IMG/VR virus record: IMGVR_UViG_3300045988_060960
DNA: 64,000 nucleotides
Reading direction: 5' to 3' (one strand)
DNA from: a virus
How positions within the stretch are numbered: the first letter of the stretch is position 1; every line of letters begins with the position of its first letter. A model generated the notes under the pieces. That model was not told the origin of the DNA. It saw nothing but the letters and a program-made list of their open reading frames with translations, and made no database searches. Position numbers and translations under genes: made by a program. Positions 55,830 through 62,621 of this stretch are shown in pieces.

Positions 55830-56876
55830 ATGTCCAAGTTTGAAGACGGGAGCTACGGTTCCCTCACCGGCGTGAGCCTGATTGGAAAAGTCCTCGCGGG
55901 TAGATGCTCGATGAAATACACGAGGGCGGCAGCAGGCAGCGGCCAGATTCCAGAGGGTTTGACGCCCAAGACCATGATGGAGCCTGCTGGCTACGTCATG
56001 GATGCGATGATTGCCGCAGTCACCAATCCCGTGGACGGCGAGTGCCAAGTCACGGTGCAAATCAAAAGCGACAACGTGGCGGCGGGTTTCTACCTGACGA
56101 ACATCGTGCTGTTCGCCGAGGACCCGGATGAGGGCGAAGTCCCGTTCACCTATCTGTCCCTTGAAAACGAACCGGAGTGGATTCGGCCTGCCAGCTCCAT
56201 CGTTGGCAAGCTCGCCACGTTTGACCTCATCGCCGCAGTTGGTGACGTAGATGCCGTCACTGCGATCATCGACCCGGAGGCCATCGCCACCGTTTCTCAG
56301 GTGCAGCAGATGATTGCCGACCACAACTCAGACCCCAACGCCCACGGCGGCAGTCTGGGCGGCGGTGGCGATGTGGCCGAGGTCGAAATCACGATTCCCG
56401 CCGCCGGCTGGGCCAGCAGCGCGGATTTGGAAGATGCAGAAGACATTGTGGAAGGAGAGCTTTATCTGGACCTCCCCGTTGAGGAGGCTGTTGAGGGCTT
56501 GATTCCGCAGGTCATGTTGCATAAAGCCGCCCAGAATATCGCAAAGGCAGCCGGCATGAGCACATCTTCCCGTGTGCTTGACGGCGCTGTGCGGTTCTGG
56601 GTGCAGCAAGCGCCGACGGAGGACATGGCGGCTACCCTCGTGTTGCTGTCTGCCGACGGCGGCATCAGTGGAGGGGGTGGCACCTATGTATTGCCAGTAG
56701 CAACTAAGGACCGCTTGGGCGGCGTAAAACTCGGCGACGGATTCTCCACCACGCCCGATGGCACACTCTCGTATGAAGGCTCCGGCCTTCCCGACGAGGC
56801 CATCGTGACCACCGGCGACACGGAGCAGATGCTTGACGAGGTGTTCCCGCCCGAGGAAAACGAACCGCAAAACTAA
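55830..56876 (+). CDS. Tail fibre protein with P2 gpH-like N-terminal domain (348 aa)
   Basis: The N-terminal ~150 aa follow the gpH/tail-collar fibre N-domain layout (KYTRAAAGSGQIPEG...FYLTNIVLFAEDPDEGEVPFTY...ATFDLIAAVGDVDAVTAII). It is the first gene after the baseplate. Confidence 0.7.
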   Translation: MSKFEDGSYGSLTGVSLIGKVLAGRCSMKYTRAAAGSGQIPEGLTPKTMMEPAGYVMDAMIAAVTNPVDGECQVTVQIKSDNVAAGFYLTNIVLFAEDPDEGEVPFTYLSLENEPEWIRPASSIVGKLATFDLIAAVGDVDAVTAIIDPEAIATVSQVQQMIADHNSDPNAHGGSLGGGGDVAEVEITIPAAGWASSADLEDAEDIVEGELYLDLPVEEAVEGLIPQVMLHKAAQNIAKAAGMSTSSRVLDGAVRFWVQQAPTEDMAATLVLLSADGGISGGGGTYVLPVATKDRLGGVKLGDGFSTTPDGTLSYEGSGLPDEAIVTTGDTEQMLDEVFPPEENEPQN

Positions 56877-56897
56877 GAAATAGGAGGAGACCGAAAT

Positions 56898-58340
56898 ATG
56901 GCTTATGACGAGACCAAGGTCGTAAACGTAAAAGCCCTGAAGGACACGGCGACCCGCATTAAGACGGAATATCTCGCCGCGATTTCCAAAGCGGGCCACG
57001 CCCGCTTCCAGAAGTCCGATACCGTGCCTGACGCTGGCACGGCTGAGGAAAACGTGCTGTACCTCGTCCACAACGATGAGACCGGCCATTACGACGTGTA
57101 CGCCCTGATTGATGGTGTGGTCGAGCTGCTCGACGATACCACCGTCAGTCTGGACGGCTACGTAACCGACGATGATCTGGCTGAGGCGCTCAACGGCGTG
57201 GGCGGCGGTGCGGTGTACACCGGCACCAAGACCGACCTTGAAGCGACCGACGCTTCGGTCATCGAGGCGTACTTCACTGAGCACAGCGACATTACCCCGA
57301 AGGCCGGAGATATGTTTGCTGTGGTCACTGTGGTGGACAGCATCACCTATGAGATGACCGCCTACCGTTTCGACGGCGAGGACTGGGTGAGCATCACCGG
57401 TAATGTGGATGCCGACAAGGTGATTATGCCGGAGAACATCACGCTGGCCGGCAACTACACCCAGTTCGGCAACCTGACCAAGAACGCGGACGGCACCGCC
57501 ACTCTCAGCTCTAAGGGCAAGAGTGTGCTGGACGTGTTCACCGAAATCCTGAGCAAACGCCTTCAGCCCACTATCACCGCCCAGCCCAGCATCAGCGGGT
57601 TCAACCTGTCCGGTGCGAAGGCTGTGGAGGCCGGCACCTCTCTGGCGTCTGCTGCGTATACGGCAGGCAATCTGAACCCCGGCAGCTACCAGTACGGCCC
57701 GGAGACCGGTGTCACCGCCTCCAACTGGGTGGTGCAGCGTATCACTGACGGCGGCACTGAGCAGATTGCCAGCGTGGACGCTGCCAGCCTGAGCGCCGGT
57801 TCCGATAACAATGGCGGCGATGGCTTTATCATCGGAGACCAGGGCGGCGAGAACGTCGTGGCGTCCCTGAAGTACAAGGCCATCGCCACTCACGGCGCTG
57901 GTGTGACTGCCAACGACAACCTCGGCAGCGCCTCTGACCCTGCCGTGAACATCGCTTCCGGTACGAAGGAGAAGACCACCGGGGCCTACACGCCCTACCG
58001 GAACTACTTCTACGGGGCCACCACAGAGAAGCCCACCGTTGACAGTGCCTACATCCGGGGTCTGACCAAGAGCAACAAGGCGTATGCCGCCGGTACGCTG
58101 ACTATCAACGTCCCTGCCGGGGCGCAGCGTGTGGTCATCGCCTGCATCGCTGGCAAGACCGGCGTGACCAAGGTCATCAACGAGACCGCGATGAACGCCG
58201 ACGTGACCGGCACCTTTACGCAGTCTTCCGTCAATGTCGAGGGCGCTGAGGGCTACACCGCCGTTGCGTACAACGTGTGGGTGTTTGAGCCTGCTGTGCC
58301 TTACGAGAACGCCGCGACCCTGAAGGTCACGCTGGGCTGA
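56898..58340 (+). CDS. Tail fibre-like protein (480 aa)
   Basis: Strong SD; Thr/Gly/Ala-rich beta-type composition. The N-terminus MAYDETKVVNVKALKDTATRIKTEYLAAI is shared in pattern with the 58741 protein. The palindrome boundary (57482) falls inside this gene only because of the window edge. Confidence 0.7.
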   Translation: MAYDETKVVNVKALKDTATRIKTEYLAAISKAGHARFQKSDTVPDAGTAEENVLYLVHNDETGHYDVYALIDGVVELLDDTTVSLDGYVTDDDLAEALNGVGGGAVYTGTKTDLEATDASVIEAYFTEHSDITPKAGDMFAVVTVVDSITYEMTAYRFDGEDWVSITGNVDADKVIMPENITLAGNYTQFGNLTKNADGTATLSSKGKSVLDVFTEILSKRLQPTITAQPSISGFNLSGAKAVEAGTSLASAAYTAGNLNPGSYQYGPETGVTASNWVVQRITDGGTEQIASVDAASLSAGSDNNGGDGFIIGDQGGENVVASLKYKAIATHGAGVTANDNLGSASDPAVNIASGTKEKTTGAYTPYRNYFYGATTEKPTVDSAYIRGLTKSNKAYAAGTLTINVPAGAQRVVIACIAGKTGVTKVINETAMNADVTGTFTQSSVNVEGAEGYTAVAYNVWVFEPAVPYENAATLKVTLG

Positions 58341-58356
58341 GAGGAGGGAATGAAGT

Positions 58357-58707
58357 ATGGCTATCAACGGTTCTGACAAGAGTTTTGCCTTTATGGAGTT
58401 CCCGCTGAGTATGTCCCGGCAGGATGCTTTCCCGCTGGACAAAAACTCGGTGTTCTACTCTATGTCCGACGCGCAAACCTACGCACAGACCAACCCGACC
58501 GCCTATGTCGGTCAGGTCATCGCTGTGGTGGAGGAAGGCGTCTCCACCGTCTACCAGATTAAGAACGCCGCCGGCGAGCTGGAAGCTCTCGGCACCGGAG
58601 ACCTCGAAGGCGACGTGGACGCCATCGTGGATGACCGTATCGCCACTGACGGCGAAGTCGCTGAGATGATTTCCGAAATCTTTGGCTCGGAAGACCCCGA
58701 AGCCTGA
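58357..58707 (+). CDS. Hypothetical fibre-associated protein (116 aa)
   Basis: Strong SD. The C-terminal DGEVAEMISEIFGSEDPEA motif is shared with neighbouring fibre proteins. Confidence 0.6.
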   Translation: MAINGSDKSFAFMEFPLSMSRQDAFPLDKNSVFYSMSDAQTYAQTNPTAYVGQVIAVVEEGVSTVYQIKNAAGELEALGTGDLEGDVDAIVDDRIATDGEVAEMISEIFGSEDPEA

Positions 58708-58740
58708 GATAATACCAAAACTTATTAGGAGGATTTTATC

Positions 58741-59658
58741 ATGAGTTACGATGTCAACAAGCTCACCAAGCTCGGCCACCTGAAGTCTCTGGCGAACAAG
58801 ATCAAGTCTGATTACGCCACCAAAGCGGAGCTGGCCGCCATCAAGGTCCCCGAGTACAGCGTGGCCAAGCAGGCTACTGCTGAGACCGGCTTCCTGTCCA
58901 CCTACTATCTGACCAAGGATGGTGCCCAGGTGGGCGAGAAGATTAACATTCCCAAGGACTTCCTCGTCAACAGTGCTGACATCAAGACCGTCGAAACCGC
59001 TGATACCCCCTACGAGGGTGCTCAGGTGGGCGACCTGTACATCGACTTTGTTATCAACAGCAAGAGCGCCGATGACACCGCCTCCCACGTCTACCTGCCC
59101 GTCAATGAGCTGGTGGACGCCTACACCGGCGGCAACGGCATCGAGGTCAGCGCCCAGAACCTGATTTCTGCAAGGATTGACACCGCCAATGCCAACGGCC
59201 TCGGCGTGACCGCTGCCGGCTTCAAGCTGGATGTGGCTACCGCCAGCACCGCCGGCGCTATGTCCGCCGCTGACAAGGCCAAGCTGGACGGCATCGCAGA
59301 GGGCGCAAACAACTACACCCACCCTGCCCACACTGCTCACGAGAGCGGGCTGTACAAGGTAACTGTGGACGCTCAGGGTCATGTGTCTGACGCTGAGGCT
59401 GTCACCAAGGAGGACATCACCGGTCTGGGCATCCCCGGTCAGGACACCACCTACCAGAAGGCCACTGCTGAGGCCGACGGTCTGATGTCCAAGGAGCACT
59501 TCGCCAAGGTCGAGGACGTCGCCGCTGGCGCGACTAAGGTCGAGGCCAGCACCACTCCCGGCAACATCAAGATTAACGGTTCCGAGACCCCCGTGGTGAC
59601 TATCGCCACCGATGAGGAGGTCACGGAAATGCTGGCCGAGATTTTCCCCACCGCCTAA
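58741..59658 (+). CDS. Tail fibre-like protein (305 aa)
   Basis: N-terminal coiled-coil-like KLTKLGHLKSLANKIKSDYATKAEL. It contains the fibre repeat motifs AGAMSAADKAKLDGI and DGLMSKEHFAKVEDV. C-terminus DEEVTEMLAEIFPTA. Confidence 0.7.
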   Translation: MSYDVNKLTKLGHLKSLANKIKSDYATKAELAAIKVPEYSVAKQATAETGFLSTYYLTKDGAQVGEKINIPKDFLVNSADIKTVETADTPYEGAQVGDLYIDFVINSKSADDTASHVYLPVNELVDAYTGGNGIEVSAQNLISARIDTANANGLGVTAAGFKLDVATASTAGAMSAADKAKLDGIAEGANNYTHPAHTAHESGLYKVTVDAQGHVSDAEAVTKEDITGLGIPGQDTTYQKATAEADGLMSKEHFAKVEDVAAGATKVEASTTPGNIKINGSETPVVTIATDEEVTEMLAEIFPTA

Positions 59659-59738
59659 GATAGAGACCTGACGAGCGGACCGATGGGCGGGTTGTGGAGG
59701 GCTGGTCCGTTCTCAGAAAAATTAGGAGGTGATTCACA

Positions 59739-60128
59739 TTGGCAGTTGTAACCCTTGACCATCTGAAGTCTTTGGCTCTGCAAGCGAAGTCCGAAATTGC
59801 CGAAGTAGCGAGCGCCGCTGCGGAGGCTTTGGAGGAAATGGATGCTCAGAAGCCGGACAAGTCGCAGGAGGTGTCGGCAACGATTCCAGCGACAGGGTGG
59901 TCTGCTGATACCAATGCTTACCCGCAATACTACGACTTCACCGCAGCGGGCGTTACGGCGGCTGATGACGTGAGGGTCTTCCTCGATCCTGCCTCTGTCA
60001 GTGCTGCTGTTGCTTGCGGCCTCTGCCCGACTGTGGAGACGCAGGACGGCAAGCTCCGGTTCCGCGCTTTGCAGGTCCCGGCGTCGGCCATCTCTGTGAA
60101 GTATCGGATTCAGGAAGGAAAGGAGTAA
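59739..60128 (+). CDS. Hypothetical fibre-associated protein (129 aa)
   Basis: TTG start 7 nt after AGGAGGTGA. The N-terminus TLDHLKSLALQAKSEIAEV echoes the fibre N-termini. Confidence 0.55.
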   Translation: MAVVTLDHLKSLALQAKSEIAEVASAAAEALEEMDAQKPDKSQEVSATIPATGWSADTNAYPQYYDFTAAGVTAADDVRVFLDPASVSAAVACGLCPTVETQDGKLRFRALQVPASAISVKYRIQEGKE

Positions 60129-60132
60129 GCCT

Positions 60133-62232
60133 ATGGGCTATGGAAGTGTAAACGTACCCGGCGTGAGCGGTCCCGAGCTTGAAGCGGTTCGCGCCCTTGC
60201 CAACAGCGCGTTGGAGAAGGCGAACGAGGCGCTTGAAGGGGGCGGCGGTTCCGGGTGCGTCCTGAAAATCACGTTCGACGCTGACTTTGCCGGCCAGCAG
60301 TACACGGTTACTGACGGCGCGGGGGACACCAAGACCGGCACCGTGCCGGAGGGTCTTGTGGATTCCGTCAGCGTCAAGAACTGCAACACGGAGTACACCG
60401 TCAGCGCGAGCACAGCGTCTGGCGAGCAGTATTCCGCAACCGTGACCACCGGCGCGTACTTCGGCCAGTATGAAGTCACGCTGGCCGTGTTCACCGCGAC
60501 CATTACGGTCACGACTGCCCCCAACGCGGAGGCAAAGGCTGTCCTCGGTGGCAGCGCCTACACCGCAACCGCCAACGGCAGCGGCGTGGCTGCGATCTCG
60601 GTCAAGAAGGCCGGCAAATACACGGTAAGCGCCACAATTTCCGGCAAGACCTCTGCGTCCGTAGAGGTCAACGTGACGGAGGCCGACGAGAACTACACCG
60701 CCACCGTCAAAATCCCCATTGCGGCCATCCCGTCTCAGGGCGAGAGCTTGACCTACACCGGTCAGGCGCAGACCCCCACGTTCGACGATTACAACAGCGC
60801 CGAGCTGACACTGGGCGGCACGACCAGCGGCACCAACGCCGGCAGCTACAATGCCAGCTTCACTCCGAAGCCCGGCTACCAGTGGAGCGACGGCACGACC
60901 ACCGCCAAGACCGTGGCGTGGAGCATTGCCAAGGCTGCTGGCTCTCTGAGCCTCAATCCGACTTCGCTGTCGCTGAACGGCGATTCGCCTACCGGCTCCG
61001 TCACTGTGACCCGTGCGGGCGACGGTGCGATTACCGCCACGTCCGGCGACCCCGATGTCGTCAGCGTGTCGGTCAGCGGCAACAAGGTAAACGTCACCGC
61101 GCTCGATGAGGGCAACGTGACTGTAACCGTAAAGGTCGCGGCTGGCACGAACCACAACGCTCCCGCCAACAAGACCTTTACGGTCAACGTGACCAACATG
61201 GTCCACATCTACGGCGCGAGCTGGGATGGCAGCAGCACGACCAAGTGGACCCGCACCGATGAGGCGGCGGGCTTCACTGACCCCGTGCCGTATGTGCAGG
61301 GCGCAAGTAAGTACAGCTCTCCCTTCGACGATTTGCAGCCGTGGGCGGGCATGGTCAAGAGCGAGCGCACCGGCGGTACGATGGTCGCCATCCCGAAGTT
61401 CTGGTACAAGCTGACCCAGAACGGCAACGGCCTGAAAATCCAGATCGCCGACAGAGCGCAGAGCGGCTTTTCTGTTTCCCCCGCCCACATGGACAGGGGC
61501 GACGGCAAGGGCGAGCGCGATGTCGTGTACATCGGTCGTTATCACTGCGGCACGTCCAGCAACAAGTCCACCAGCGGCCAGCGCCCCAAGGCGAACATCA
61601 CCCGGTCCAGTGCTCGTTCCACCATTCATGGCCTCGGCGCGAACATCTGGCAGATGGACTTCCTGATGCGTTTCACCATCTGGCTGCTCTACATTGTGGA
61701 GTTCGCCGATTGGAACTCTCAGGCGAAAATCGGGTATGGCTGCGGTAACGACAGCAACACCGAGAATATGGGGTACACCGACAGTATGCCCTACCATACC
61801 GGCACCACGAAGAACTCCCGCACCACCTACGGCTGCGGTACCCAGTACCGCAACATCGAGGGCTTGTGGGATAACGTGTACGACTGGATGGACGGTTGCT
61901 ATTACAACGGCAGCGGCCTGAACGTCATCAAGAATCCCAACCAGTTCAGCGACAGCGCCAACGGCGTGAACGTGGGTACGCTAACGAGCGGTTATCCTTC
62001 TAAGTTCACAGTGAGAACTCAGGCTGGGTTCCCGGTGTTCGCGCCGTCTGCGTCCAGTGGCAGCGATTCTACGTATTCGTGCGATTACTGGTACTTCAAC
62101 TCGTCGTACCCGTGCCTCTGCGTTGGTGGCTACTACGTCCAGAGCACCTACCGCGGCCTGTTCTTCGTCTACTTCAACGGCGTCTCGTACTCGTACGCGA
62201 ACATCGGCTGCCGCCTCCAAGAACTCCCCTAA
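60133..62232 (+). CDS. DGR target protein: tail fibre / receptor-binding protein with Ig-like (Big_2-type) domain and C-terminal C-type-lectin/FGE-sulfatase-fold variable domain (699 aa)
   Basis: The Big_2-like segment is LSLNPTSLSLNGDSPTGSVTVTRAGDGAITATSGDPDVVSVSVSGNKVNVTALDEGNVTVTV. The CLec/FGE-type block is YRNIEGLWDNVYDWMDG. The VR-encoded end ...CDYWYFNSSYPCLCVGGYYVQSTYRGLFFVYFNGVSYSYANIGCRLQELP lies 18 nt before the stop. Confidence 0.88.
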   Translation: MGYGSVNVPGVSGPELEAVRALANSALEKANEALEGGGGSGCVLKITFDADFAGQQYTVTDGAGDTKTGTVPEGLVDSVSVKNCNTEYTVSASTASGEQYSATVTTGAYFGQYEVTLAVFTATITVTTAPNAEAKAVLGGSAYTATANGSGVAAISVKKAGKYTVSATISGKTSASVEVNVTEADENYTATVKIPIAAIPSQGESLTYTGQAQTPTFDDYNSAELTLGGTTSGTNAGSYNASFTPKPGYQWSDGTTTAKTVAWSIAKAAGSLSLNPTSLSLNGDSPTGSVTVTRAGDGAITATSGDPDVVSVSVSGNKVNVTALDEGNVTVTVKVAAGTNHNAPANKTFTVNVTNMVHIYGASWDGSSTTKWTRTDEAAGFTDPVPYVQGASKYSSPFDDLQPWAGMVKSERTGGTMVAIPKFWYKLTQNGNGLKIQIADRAQSGFSVSPAHMDRGDGKGERDVVYIGRYHCGTSSNKSTSGQRPKANITRSSARSTIHGLGANIWQMDFLMRFTIWLLYIVEFADWNSQAKIGYGCGNDSNTENMGYTDSMPYHTGTTKNSRTTYGCGTQYRNIEGLWDNVYDWMDGCYYNGSGLNVIKNPNQFSDSANGVNVGTLTSGYPSKFTVRTQAGFPVFAPSASSGSDSTYSCDYWYFNSSYPCLCVGGYYVQSTYRGLFFVYFNGVSYSYANIGCRLQELP
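62078..62214 (+). repeat. DGR variable region (VR)
   Basis: 137-nt block aligned to 62338..62474 at offset 260. There are 16 mismatches, all where the TR has A (11 A-to-T, 5 A-to-G). The identical 3-prime anchor is GCGAACATCGGCTGCCGC. Confidence 0.9.
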
Positions 62233-62289
62233 TGGGGGAGTTTGAGGGGGCGAAGCCCCCTCATAAGGGACCCGCGCCGTAGGCGCGGG
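62224..62289 (+). promoter_or_regulatory. Three tandem GC-rich hairpins immediately downstream of VR (candidate DGR target-recognition/cruciform element)
   Basis: Hairpin 1 is CTCCCC-taatg-GGGGAG (62224-62240, spanning the stop codon). Hairpin 2 is GAGGGGGC-GAA-GCCCCCTC (62244-62262). Hairpin 3 is CCCGCGCC-GTA-GGCGCGGG (62271-62289). None is followed by a T-tract. Confidence 0.5.
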
Positions 62290-62337
62290 GACCAACCGGG
62301 GCTACCTGTGCAGTGCCGATGTCATCGTTCTGGGTTA

Positions 62338-62474
62338 CGTGCGATAACTGGAACTTCAACTCGTCGAACCCGTGCCTCTACGTTGGTGGCAACTACAACC
62401 AGAACACCAACCACGGCCTGTTCTACGTCAACTACAACGACGTCTCGAACTCGAACGCGAACATCGGCTGCCGC
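62338..62474 (+). repeat. DGR template region (TR)
   Basis: Adenine-rich, AAC-codon-rich counterpart of the VR. Read in the VR frame it gives CDNWNFNSSNPCLYVGGNYNQNTNHGLFYVNYNDVSNSNANIGCR. It lies in non-coding sequence between the target gene and the RT. Confidence 0.9.
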
Positions 62475-62621
62475 ATCCTTTTTGTGCTTTGCTTAATCCT
62501 CCATTTCACGGCACAGGTAGTCGCGCACCCCTTGGTGAAGATAAGCAAATTTGGGGAGCGGGTTAGTACACCTCTGCGGAGGCGCTGGAAAGCCCGTACA
62601 GCTAAAAGGAGGAACATCCCT

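Larger units (their letters stand above)
28742..57482. repeat. Right arm of giant perfect inverted repeat (palindrome)
   Basis: Reverse complement of 1..28741 with no spacer. The apex dinucleotide step is A28741|T28742 inside GGGGTATACCCC. The right arm continues without a break into unique sequence at 57483. Confidence 0.97.

Noticed and set aside
1-57482. Interpreting the inverted repeat as terminal inverted repeats of a transposon/IS, as prophage att duplications, or as a CRISPR-like or ordinary hairpin element
   Set aside because: The two arms are directly abutting with no unique core between them. They are tens of kb long and contain an entire phage structural module. That geometry is a fold-back or head-to-head duplication, not TIRs flanking cargo.
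56328-58442. 704-aa minus-strand ORF, and its partial mirror 199..1155 (+)
   Set aside because: It is antisense to well-supported fibre genes that have SDs. Its composition is the Gly/Arg/His/Val-rich pattern typical of shadow ORFs in GC-rich coding DNA, and it has no SD.
59739-60128. 129-aa ORF upstream of the DGR target as the missing Avd accessory protein
   Set aside because: It is acidic and Ala-rich, with an N-terminus resembling the neighbouring fibre proteins. Avd proteins are small, basic four-helix bundles and normally sit next to the TR.
59998-61797. 599-aa minus-strand ORF opposite the DGR target gene
   Set aside because: It is a shadow ORF antisense to a gene with recognisable Big_2 and CLec domains. 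It is Arg/Gly/Ala-rich and low-complexity, with no SD.
62244-62289. GC hairpins after the DGR target gene as rho-independent terminators
   Set aside because: Neither stem is followed by a T-tract (the following sequences are TCATAAGG and GACCAACC). Their position directly after a VR fits the known DGR hairpin/cruciform context better.
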